This document shows, one piece after another, positions 1 to 13,800 of a DNA stretch of 64,000 nt. Every line of letters begins with the position of its first letter. The first letter of the stretch is position 1. The stretch is from the human T2T-CHM13v2.0 reference genome, Homo sapiens, in the NCBI RefSeq assembly GCF_009914755.1, contig NC_060932.1; one strand, 5' to 3'. A program made the translations under genes and the position numbers. A model generated the notes under the pieces. That model was not told where the DNA came from, made no database searches, and saw only the letters and a list, made by a program, of their open reading frames with translations.

Positions 1-379
1 AGTTAGGTCTTTGTATATTAATCTAAGACTCTTTCATATTTGAACACTTTATTAACTTTGTTACTTTTGAGTTAAAATCTTCTCAAAGCTGGTAATTGTG
101 TCTGATAAGGCAAATTTGGTAGAAAGCCCATCACAGGGCCCCTCATATGTGGATAATTGATGAATAAATATGCCAAATGGCAAACTACAGCACATAAATC
201 TGAGAGGTGGAGTCCTAATGACATTGATTTATTCATTAAACAAGCATCATTTGGCACTTATTATGTTTAAGAGCTTGTGCTAAGTGTTCATGTGCTCAAA
301 GTGGAGAATTAATTAATATCACCCGATTTATTTGCTCTAGTTCTTCTCTAAGTTGAGTGTGATTGCAGATATCAGGTAC

Positions 380-465
380 CTTCTCTATTCCTCAGTTTCT
401 TATTTTATAATGAGGGATTTGGTGATTCCCAAGGTCCCTTGCAGTTCTGTAGGCTCATGATTCAA
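380..465 (+). mobile_element. MIR/MIR3 fragment
   Basis: CCTCAGTTTCTTATTTTATAATGAGG core followed by AAGGTCCCTTGCAGTTCT...ATGATTC. Confidence 0.5.
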
Positions 466-1157
466 TGTGGTTATGTCATTTCCTAAATTGAGAAGTCATA
501 TCTCTTAACTTTCCAAATTAGATATGGCTTAATTAACATAGTTACATAACTGAAAGAAAATTTTAAAAATGATACATGAATGACAATTACTATCTTGGAT
601 GTACTATGGGTTTCTCTCAGCAATATTTTAAGTATAGATGAATCATAAACATGAGGATTATATTTCTCCTAAAATAAACATGGCTAAAATCTCAGATGAT
701 ATTTTCTTGGCAAAATGCACTTCAGATTTTATTGAACTAAATACATTTGAAAATCAGATGCTACACTAAGAATACGATATTCATTCAATATTCATACCTT
801 TGAAATGAAGTAAATTAAGACAATTTGTTGGGTATTTCAGGCTGAAAAGCTTACTGCTTTTATTCCCGTGATATTAAAATAAAAGTAAATTGGGGACTTA
901 GTCCATTTTAAGGCCCAAACCACAAAGGCCTTACTACTCCTCACATCTATTGCATGGGTTTCTTTGCCCACAGTTAAACAAATTCCTCTATACCTTTTGC
1001 CTCTCTACTGACCATTTCTTTCAGACTGGCTTCACTGAACACTGACTCTTTCCATAAATTCTCAAGGTCCTCTGAAGAGTAGGTGTTCTTTCTCCCACAC
1101 ATCATATAGTTCAGAGTTTCCAAATTATATTCAGCTCATGACTCCTTATCTTCATAT

Positions 1158-1211
1158 AAATGAATGAATGAATGAATGAATGAATAAATAAATAAATAAA
1201 TAAATAAATAA
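1158..1211. repeat. Compound microsatellite (AATG)n(AATA)n
   Basis: Seen directly. Confidence 0.95.
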
Positions 1212-2049
1212 GTTTCCTTGAAGCTTCTTGCCAGTTGGCTAAACATTCTTTTACCTATTCTTGACACTATCTCCTATCATCCTCCTGGTCACTTCTCCCA
1301 ATTCAGTATAACTTTTGGCACCTGCTTCAAATCATTTATTTCCTGCTACTCCAAGTAATATCAACTATTATTGTGTTCCTCTAACCCTGAACACAATAAT
1401 ATTGAACTTGTTATCTTCTCCTTTCCTTTACTTATTATCCTTCTCATGTATCTACCCAGAAATCTTCCACTTCTGAAATTAAAAATTCCTTCAGTGTACT
1501 GTGGAACCACAGCTTTCTACTCTTCCCACAAATTTCTCCAATTTCCTTAGACTCCAAATCACAGATCTTTCTACTTTCTACTCTATTAATCACTGCTTTC
1601 TTTTTTCTCCATTACATCTATGATACATTGCTTCAAAACTTCTTCCTTGACACTGTCCTTGGAAACACCTCTATCCTGAATGAAGTCAACTAGCCTGTGA
1701 ATACTGTTTAGGAAATCACACAGCTGGTCATTGAACCAATGGTTAAGCTCTCTCTTCCATTCTTGAACTGTTAACAAAAAGAGAAGCAATTGAGTCTCAT
1801 GGTAATATCAACCACTCGTTCTTCAAGTCATTCTTCCCTTATAACTCAACTCTCAATCTGTTTTCTCAACAGATAAAATATGTCAGAGAGGCACTTTGTT
1901 AACTTTTATACAAAGGGTGGAAAATGAGACCAGATGATCCTTTTAAACTTCATATCCTTAGAGTAGAAACTCTCTCTCTTCTATAGAGAGTTGAAGAGTA
2001 GCATTTATTAATTATCACTCATCAATTTCCTCAGGAACCCATAAACCCT

Positions 2050-2162
2050 AAGAGGTGCAGGGTAAAACTCTTTTGTTCTCCTTTGTAAACTTAGAACCCA
2101 GCACAATGACTAACACATAGTAGAAATTCAAACAATATTCAATGAAAGCATGAATCAATGCC
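2050..2162 (+). mobile_element. L2 3'-end fragment
   Basis: CCCAGCACAATGACTAACACATAGTAG...AATATTCAATGAAAGCATGAATCAATG resembles the L2 terminus. Confidence 0.55.
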
Positions 2163-2929
2163 TGGGTGATGATCAGGGAATTTCTGACAAATATGTTTGT
2201 GAGTTGAAACTTGTAGCTAATTGTTTCAGTTGCATGCTTGTTATATGATTTTATTTCAGCAAACTATCTCAAACCATTTTTATGAGTCTTTGGTTTTAAT
2301 ATAACTCAAAATACACTCTGTCAAGTACGTTTCTCCATAGACTTTAAACATAGGTTCTTTCAGGTGAAATTTAATCCTAATGTTTACAATTCATCCACAC
2401 TTAAATCATCAAAATACCACTGTAGCAATCTCAGTTGGGTATTCAACTTGTGATTCCCTAATTAGATAATTGTTTGTATATTTAAAACAAAATTATTACT
2501 TGCCCTTAATTATTTAGATAATTGTTTAAATTATATACTTTTTGTCTTGTGTGTTGAAAAGCCATAATCACACTAAAATACATCCTAATTTTAGGATACT
2601 TCAGTCTTTATATTGGGGAATACAGTTTTTGATATAACAAATGAGAATTTTAAATGTGGTCTTTTCAATAGAGGCCTATTTAATGATTAATGTATAATCC
2701 ATATAAGTCATTCTTAATATAGAAAAATATTTTGATCAGTTTAGCAGTTTTCACTATTTCTGGTCATTTTAAAATAATTCAGTTGTCAGTCTCAAGAAAA
2801 AATGATTCTCATATTGCAAACAGAAAATCAAGTTGGAACACTGAAAGCAGCTTAGATCTGAAATACATGGAAAATTACAGTAAGAAATTAAAGTTTCCTG
2901 GAATTTTGTTTTTCTTGTCTTTTTACAGG

Positions 2930-3665
<736 letters not shown>

Positions 3666-4020
3666 TCAATGTTAGTATTTAAATAGTCCTTTTGCCATTT
3701 CACCTTACTGAGTTTTACAAAGGCCAAGGGGAAAACAAAGTGTGCAAACATTTCTGAGAAAAAAGGTAAGATAATGCTATAGCATTTACTATGGTTCAAA
3801 TGTGTAGCTAATGTTCAATTCTGTTTCATGTGTGTTCTCAAAATACTTAAAAGCTTGAGATAAGGCACAGCAAAAGAAGTACTTTTTCACTGATAGAGAA
3901 ACAAAGAGAGTCAATATTTGGACCCTTCTCTGTGTAAAGAATGGAATGATCTAGTCTGGATAAATACTAAATATAAATAAAAGTTGGCTTCTTGCTAATT
4001 ACATTCCACAATATAAATTT

Positions 4021-4176
4021 TGTTTTCACCAAACAGTATTTTAACATTTTAGAATACAAAATACTGTTTCACCAAACAGTATTTTAACATTTTAGAACAT
4101 TTTAGAATATAACATTTTAGAATACTGTTTCACCAAACAGTATTTTAATACTTTAGAATTATAACATTTTAGAATA
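4021..4176. repeat. Local triplication of TTTCACCAAACAGTATTTTAA with AACATTTTAGAA sub-repeats
   Basis: Three copies at ~4024, ~4067 and ~4128. Confidence 0.9.
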
Positions 4177-4427
4177 AAAAATGTTATTCACTTCTAAACG
4201 ATGCTCTTATTTTTCCAAAATTCTAGGAAAATGATGCTAGAAATTGGCTGGGAGAGGATTAAGAGGATACAGAGGCTATTTTAACCATTTTACTTAAAAT
4301 TGTATCCAATTGTTATCCAATTTTTGATTACCATCTGAATACTTAGAATAACAATATGCATCTATCTTTAACATTTACTAGGTTCTATAAATTTTATGTA
4401 CCAAGTGCCTTCTATATCTACATAACT

Positions 4428-4472
4428 ATATCTGTATCTGTCTGTCTATCTATCTATCTATCTATCATCTAT
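4428..4472. repeat. (TCTG)n(TCTA)n microsatellite
   Basis: Seen directly. Confidence 0.9.
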
Positions 4473-4534
4473 ATGTACGTATGTACATATTTCTGATTTG
4501 ATCCTAACATACAAAAAGAAAACTATAGCCCAGA

Positions 4535-4775
4535 GGCCAGGCATTGTGGCTTTTGCCTGTAATCTCAACACTTTGGGAGGCTGAGGCCGGCAGATGGCTT
4601 GAGGCTAGGAGTTTGAGACCAGCCTGGCCAACATGGCGAAACCCCATCTCCACCAAAAATACAAAATTTAGCACTGGTCAGTGGTGGCACACACCTGTAG
4701 TCCCAGCTACTCAGGAGGCTGAAGAACAAGAAGTGCTTGAGTCTGGGAGGCGGAAGTTGCGGTGAGCTGAGATGG
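4535..4775 (+). mobile_element. Old Alu (AluJb/Sz-like), 3'-truncated, no tail
   Basis: GGCCAGGCATTGTGGCT...GCTTGAGGCTAGGAG...GAGCTGAGATGG, after which Alu similarity ends. Confidence 0.9.
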
Positions 4776-7700
4776 CCTGCTGATTACCCTGACTTATGCT
4801 GAAAGAGACTGGCTTCTTGACCATTCTTCACTAATGAACAATTTACCAAGAGACTATTTCTTTAGGCATCAATGCTTCATCTCAACTCACAAAACAAGGT
4901 ACTAATGTGCTCAGTGGCAATGTTGTCCAATCTCTTAACTCTTCAAAAACTAATTTTTAAATGAAAGATGTACATTTTATTAGTGTATATAACTAACCTA
5001 AAAATTATTAAATTATATTTCTGACTAAAGACTGGGAGATTCTTTTGAAAACCAGAAAGAGAAATTTATTTTAAACAGGCCAATTATCCTTCCTTCTCAC
5101 AGGTTGAGATAGAGCAGGAAGCACAGGGAGTAGGGTGGGGCGTTGCTGGAGCCAGCTCTATAGAGTGAGATCCTCAATCTCATGGTCAGACCACAGTCTA
5201 CATTCTCAATGTGGCTGTGATAGTTTCTGTAGAGACCTATAAACCACTTTTGATGATTACCACATCTGTATCACATATACACCAAGGCTTGGCCTTTGTT
5301 ATTCTGAATATACAGACAGGTATGTCTAGCTTGTGCTTTGGCTCAGTAGGTGGCCTTTGTTTCCAAAGATATGACCCCTCTTTCCAGCCTGAGAGATAAG
5401 GATCAGGTATTTTAACAGACAATAAAGAACTGAGATGTTTTGTTCTCCTATATACCCTATTCCTTGGATACTTCCTGTGATCTGAACAAGAGATCAAATT
5501 GCAATATCCCCTATGCTAGACTGTTGTGACAACTAAGGTTGCACTGGAAGCAACCAGTCCCACATTTTTCATAATAACTGATATTAAACCAATCATTGAA
5601 CTCCTTATCTGCTCCTGGACAGTTAGGAAAAAAAGTTATTAAGTCATCTGGTCATACTATCAATGGGTAAAGGACCTGGGGTCACTTTGAATAGCAGCAA
5701 GCCCAGTCCTGCCAAAACTACAAAAATGACCTACACAAATAAGTCACTAGTATCAAGACTATAAAACTCTCTCTATATAAATGGTCTCTGATAATTGTGG
5801 TATTGGCTACATTATAGAGAGATCCACACAATCTCAAATAGTAGCTGATAACTTATCTTATACCATTTCTCTTGTTACACCATCCTTTGGTTTAGACATC
5901 ACACATTTTGTTGCTGTTGTTGTTTAATTAGTAGGCAGTTGGCAATATTGCTTTTGATTTCAGAATATCCACAAGGAAAAGCATACTTAGTCCATACGGC
6001 ACAAACAAGAGAAGGATGAAATCAAATATTAAGATCAATTCCTTAACTTCAGGCAGTACTCAGAAGGGGCCTGCGTTTGTAATTCACCATTGCTTTCTCC
6101 CTTCGTAGCTATAGTCACCTTGAGGAAGAGACCAAAATTCACAAAGTGGCTTGAATTCTTAGATCCAGAGGGTTAGTTTTCTTGGCACATTTTTCTTCAA
6201 AAAAATGTTATAATATGTGTAGTTAAGAAAAAAAACCAATCTTCTCTTTTCTTCAAAGCTGAGCCAATTAATTTAGCACAATGCCACACACACTCAGGCA
6301 GGAAGCTCTGTTTTCAATTATCACTTACATATCACATTATGAGTAGAGTGGTTGAAATTGGAGCTTTAAAAACAGACCTTGCTAGTTATGATTTCACAAT
6401 TCATCCCCTTTTTCTATTGCTTATTTAACTGAAATATCATACATTTCCCCCAGTTTAATAAAATTAGTATCAAGAGAATTATCTATCTATAAAACTATTT
6501 CATTACACAAGTATTTCTACTTCAGCAATCTAAGAATTTCACAACTTCAGTTTCAAAATCTTTCTCTTAATGAGTAAAAGCCAAATATATCATTTTTGCT
6601 TAGTTATTTTAGAAATCATTTAGCACTTTCCAATTATTTGAACTCAAACCAATGCTCGGTATCTAGCTAACATGCTCACCTGAATTTTAAGCAATTATTT
6701 TATTCGACTTTTATATCAACAGTGATGATCTGCATGCATGAGTATAAGACCTGAAAACTTTCTAAAAATTTTAGATACTGACTGCGATTTTAATTTAACC
6801 AAACTGCTGCTATCTTTCATCACAAAGATAAAATTTTTATTGGTGTGCACCCCCCTATGATATTGTTTGTAATATCCAGGAGGATAGAGGATGATGTTAC
6901 TCTTCATATCACAGGGGGTGTACAGTCCTATGCGATATGGTCTGTAATATTTAGAGGGTGAGAGGATGATGTTAATCTTCATATCACAAAGGGTGTACAC
7001 ACCCCTGCTATATTGTCTGTAATATCCAGAAAGGGAGAGGATAATGTTACTCCCCATATTGCAGGGAGTGTACACCTTCCTGTGATATTGTCCATAATAT
7101 ACAGGGAGGGAGAGGATGACGTTACTCTTCATATCGCAGGCGGTGAACATTTCCCTGCAATATCGTTGGTAATATCCAGAAGGAAAGAAGGTGATGTTAC
7201 TCACCATATGGCAGAGGTGTATACCCTTCTGCGTTATTGTCCATGATAACCAGAGAGGAGAGGATAATTTTACTCTACATATGGCAGGGAATATTCATGC
7301 CACTGTGATACTGTTCATAATATCCAAGGGGGGAGAGGATGATGTTACTCCCCATATCGAAGGGAGTGTACAATCCCTGCGATATTGTTCACAATATCCA
7401 CGGGGGGAGGAGATGATGTTACTCCTCATATCGCCAGGTGTGTACCCCCCCCGCGATATTGTTTGTAATATTCAAGGAGAGAAAAAATGATATTAGTCCC
7501 CATATTGCAGGAGGTGTACACACCCTTGCCATATTGTTGATAATATCAAGTGGAGGGAGATGATGATATTGTTCCCTATATCGCAGGGAGTGTACACCCC
7601 CCTGTAATATTGTTTGTAATATCCAGGAGGGAGTTGATATTACTCCCAATATCATAACACATCCTGTGTGTACATCCTCGGTGATATTGTTCATAATATC

Positions 7701-10336
7701 CAGGGTGGCAGATGATGATATTACTTACTCCCAATATCACAGGATGTATACACCATCCTATGATATTGTTCGTAATATCCAGGGAAGGAGAGGATGATAT
7801 GATTCCCAATATAGCAAAGGGTGTACGCCTTCTTGTGATAATTTTCATAATATTCAGAGGGGGAGAGGATGATATTACTTATAATTTTCAGTGGGATAGC
7901 ACAAAATTATTCCTAATATTGCAGAGGGTGTACATCCTCCTGTGATATTGCTTGTAATATCCACTGGGGGAGAAAATGATATTAATCCCAATATCGCAGA
8001 CATTGTACACCCCTCTGTGATATTGTTCATAATATCCATTTGGGGAGAGGATGATATTACTCCTCATATCGCAGGAAGTGTAGAGCTTCCTGTGATATTA
8101 TTCGTAATATCCAAAAGAAGAGCGGATGCTATTACTGCTAGTATCGCAAGGGGTGTACACCCTTCTGTGATATTGTTCATAATGTCCAGAAAATGAGAAG
8201 ATAGTATTACTCCCCATATCGCAGATGGTGTACACCCATATGTTATTGTTCATAATATCCAGTGGGAAAGAGGATGATAATACTCCCCATATTGCAGGAA
8301 GTGTACACTCCCCTGTGATATTGTTTGTAATATTCAGGGAGAAGGATAATATTACACCCCATTTCGCAAAGGGTGTACACCCGCTGTGATATTGTTCATA
8401 ATATCCAGGAGGGGAAAAGATGATATTACTCCCCATATTGCAAACGTGTACACCCACCTGTGATAGTCTCAAAAATATTTAATGGGGGAAAAGATAACGT
8501 TACTACTCCTCATATTGCAGAGGATGTACACCTTCCCTGTGATAATGTTCATAATTTCCAGTGGGGGAGAGGATAATATTACTCTGCATATCGCAGGTGT
8601 GTACACCCCCCTGTGATATTGTTTGTAATATCCAGGGTTTGAGAGGATGACATTATTCCCCATGTCACAGGGGATACATGTCCCCCTGTGATATTGTTCA
8701 TAATATCCAGGGACGGAGAGGATGATATTACTTCGTGTATCTCAGGGGATGTACATTCCCCTGTGATATTGTTCATCATATCTAGGGGAGAGAGGCTGAT
8801 AATACTCCCCATATCGCAAAGGGGGTTCATCTTCCTGTAATGCTGTTCGTAATATATAGGGAGGAGAGGATGATATTACTCCCCATATCACAGGGGGTGT
8901 ACACCCCTCTGTGATATTGTTTGAAATATCCGAAGGGGAAGTGGATGATATTACTTCCCTGTGATATTGTTCGTAGTATCCAAAAAGGAAGAGGGTAATA
9001 ATACTCCCAATATGGCAGAAGGGCTTACACCCTTCTGTGATATTTTTTGTAATATCCGGGGGGGGGAGAGGATAATATTACTCCCAATATCGCAGGGGGT
9101 GTACATCACCCGCGATATCGTTCATAATATCCAAAAAGGAAGAGGATGTTATTACTCCCAGTATTGCATGCGTTGTACACTCCCCTGTGATATTGTTTCT
9201 AATATCCAAGGGAAAGAGGATAATATTACTCCCAATATCACAGGTGGTGTAAACCACCCTGTGATATTGGTCATAATATCCAGGTGGGGAGAGGATGATA
9301 CTACTCCTCATATCGCAGTGGGTGTTCACCCCCCTGTGATATTGTTCCTAATATTTCCGGGAAGGTGAAATTATATTACTTCTGACATCACAGAGGGTGT
9401 AGACCTTCCTGTGATATTGTTCGTAATATCCAGGAGAGGACATTATTCCTCATGTCGCAGAAGATGTACACCCATCTGTGATATTATCATACTATCTAGG
9501 GAGGGAGAATATAATATTACTCCCCATATAGCAAAGGAGGTACACCCTCCTGTGATATTTTCATAATATCCGGGGTTAGGAGAGGATGATATTACTTCCT
9601 ATATCACAGAAAGTGTAGACCCCCCTGTCAAACTGTTCATAATATCCAGGGTGGGGAAAGGATAATTTTGCTCCTCATATGGCAGGTGGTGTACTCCCCC
9701 TTGTGATGTTGTTTGCAATATCCAGGGGTGGAGAGGATAATATTACTCACCATATCGCAGGAGGTGTACACCCCCTGTGATATTGTTCATAATTTCCAGG
9801 GGGTGAGAGGGTAATATTACTTCCCATATTGCAGGGTGTGTACACCCTGTCATATTGTTTGTAATATTTAGGGGAGGAGAAGATGACAGTACTCCCCATA
9901 TGGCAGGGGGTGCACAAATCCCTGTGATACTTTTTGTAATATCCAGGGAGGGAGAGGATGATATTACTCTCCACATCGCATGGGGTGTAACCCCCCCTTT
10001 GATATTGTTCATAATTTCCAGGGGGTGAGAGGATAATATTACTTCCCATATTGCAGGGAGTGTACAGCCCCTGTGATATTGTTCTTAATATCTGGAGGGG
10101 AGGGGGGAGACGATATTGCTCCCCATATCACAGGTGGTCTACACCATTTTGTGATGTTGTTCACAATATCCAGTGAGAGGATGATATTTCTCCCCATATC
10201 ACGGGGGTGTGCACCCCCTTGTGATATTGTTCGTAATATCCAGAAGGGAAGAGAATGATATTACTCTCCAGATCACAGGGAGTATATATTCCCTTGTGAT
10301 ATTGTTCCTAATATCCGGGGGGAGAGGATGACATTA

Positions 10337-10873
<537 letters not shown>

Positions 10874-13800
10874 TTATATTACTCACAATACCGCAGGGGT
10901 GTTCACAACCTTGTGATATTGTTTGTAATATCGAGAGTGAAAGAGTATGATACAACTTACAATATCGCAGGGAGTGTACACCTTCCTGTGACATTGTTTG
11001 TAATATCCAGGGGGGAAGAGGATAATTTACTCCCGATGTTGCAGCGGGTGTACACTCTTCTGTGATATTGTTCGTAATATCAAGGTGGTGAACGATGATA
11101 TTACTCCCAATATCGCAGAGGGTGCACACACCCCCGTGATATTTTTTCTAATATACAGGGGCAAAAATGATGATATTACTACCAATAGTGCAGGGGATGT
11201 ATAACCCCCTTGTGATATTGTTCCTAATATCTTGGAGGAAAGATCATGATATTACTGTCAATAGAGCAGGGGGTGTACACCCCCCCCCGTGATATTGCTT
11301 CCAATATCCAGGGGGCAGAAGATTATATTAATCTCAATATCACAGGGGTATCCACCGAGCCTGTGATATTGTTCCTAATATTAAGAAAGTATGAGGATGA
11401 TATTACTCCCAATATCGCAGGGGGTTATTTCCCCTGCAATATTATTCGTAATATCTGGGAGGGAGGAAATGATATTTCTCCCGATATCGCTGGTTGTGTA
11501 AATCCCCCCCGTGATATTGTGTTAACATCCAAAGCGGGAGAAGATGATGTTACTCCTAATAGCGCAGAGGGTGTACACCCCCACTGTGATATTGTTTCTA
11601 ATATCCGGGAGGGAGATATTACTCCAAATATCGCAGGATGGGTAAACCCCCTCTGTGATATTGTACCTTATATTCAGGAATGGAGAGGATAATATTACTC
11701 TCAATATCGCAGCAGGTGTACACCCCCCACCGTGATATTGTTCCTAGTATCTATGGTGGGAAGGATGATATTACCCCCAGTATTGGACAAGATGTACACC
11801 TTCTCTGTGATATTGTTCCTAATATTCAGTTGGGAAGAGAATGATATTTCTCTCAGTATCGCAGGGGGTGTACACCACTTCTGTTATATTGTTTCTAATA
11901 TCCAGTGGAGGAGAAGATGTTACTGCAATATCGCAGGACTTGTACACCCCATTTTTGATATTGTTTTTAATACCCATTGGCAAAGAGGATGATATTACTT
12001 TCAATGTCACAGGGGGTTACACCCTTTCTGTGATATTGTTTCTAGTATCCAGGGACAGAGAGGATGATATTATTCCCAATATCGTAGAGGTTGTACAACC
12101 CCTCTGTGATATTGTTCCTAATATTCAGGAAGGGAGAGGATGATATTATTCCCAATATCACAGGGAGTGTACACCCCCTTTGTGATATTGTTCCTAATAT
12201 TAAGAAAGGGAGAGAATAATGTTACACCCAATATTACAGAGGGTGTACACCGCCCCCCCCCCCGTGATATTGTTTCTAATATTCAGGCAGAGAGTTGATA
12301 TTACTTTCAATATCACAGGGTTGTACACCCCCACTGTAATATTGTTCCTAATATACGGGGATGGGGGGAGAGAATATTACTCCAGAGGTCACAGGGGGTG
12401 TACACCCCCCTTGTGATATTGTTCCTAATATCCAGTGGAAAAGAGGATGATATTACTCCCAATATCGCAGAGGGTGTGTACTCCCCCTGTGATACTGCTC
12501 CTAATATCATGAAAAGGAGAGGAGATTATCACTCCCAATATCGCAGAAGGTGTACACTCCCACTGTGATATTGTTCCTAATATCCAAGTGGGGAGAGAAA
12601 AATATTACTCCCGATATCAAAGGGAATGTACACACCCCCCGTCATATTGTTTCTAATATCAAGGGAAGGAAAGGATGATATTACCCTCAATATTGCAGGT
12701 GGTGTACAACCCCCCCTTGTGATAATGTTCCTAATATCCAAAAAGTGAGAGGCTGACATTACTCCCAATATCACAGGGGGTGTACATCATTGCAAGGGTA
12801 ATGGTGTACAATATCAAGGGTGGGAGACGATATTACTCCCAATGTCGCAGAGAGTGTACACCCCCCGTGATGTTTTTATTTAATATCCAGGAAGGGAGAA
12901 GTTGGCATTACTTCCAATATCGCAGGAGTTGTACACCCCTTCTGTGATATTTTTCCTAATATCTAGGGGCGGAGAAAAGATTACCTTCAATATCGCAGAA
13001 CTTGTACACCCTTCCTCTGATATTGTTCCTTCTCTCCAGGGAGGGACAGAATCATATTATTTTCAATATCACAGGGGGTGTACACTCCCTTTGTGATAAT
13101 GTTTCTAATATCCAGGAGAAGAGAGAATAATATTACTTCCAATATCGCAGGTGATATACACCCACCCTGCGTTATTGTTTTTAATATTTAAGAAAGGAGA
13201 GGATAATATTACTTTAAATATTGCAGAGGGTGTACAACCCGCTGTGATATTGTTCCCAATATCCAGGGGCGGAAAGGATGATATTACTCCCAATATCACA
13301 GGGGGTGTACACCCATTCTGTGATACTGATATCCAGGGAGGAAGAGGATAATATTACTCCCAATATTACAGGGGGTGTACACCTTCCCTGTGATGTGGTT
13401 CCTAATATCCAGGGGGCAGAGGATGATATTACTACTAATATTGCTAGGGTTGTACACTTCTTCTGTGATATTTCCCCAAATATTCATAGGGGAAGATGAT
13501 GATATTACTCCCAATATTGCAGGAAATTTACACCCACCCTGTGATATTGTTCCTAATATCCGGGAGGAAGAGGATGATATTACTTCCAATATCGCATAGC
13601 GTGTACACCTCCCTGTAATATTGTTCCTAATACCCAGCAGGGGGAGAAGGTAATATTACCACAAATATCGCAGGGTGTGTACTCCTGTCCTGTGATATTG
13701 TTCCTAATGTCCTGAAAGAAACAGGATTATATTACTCCAGATATCGCAGGGGGGGTTCACCCCCCGTCATATTTTTCCTAATATCCAGGGGAGGGGAGGA

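Noticed and set aside
6830-6845. Target-site duplication flanking the satellite array
   Set aside because: The left flank (AAATTTTTAT) and right flank (CTGTAGATAC/TGAGTT) share no direct repeat at the junctions.
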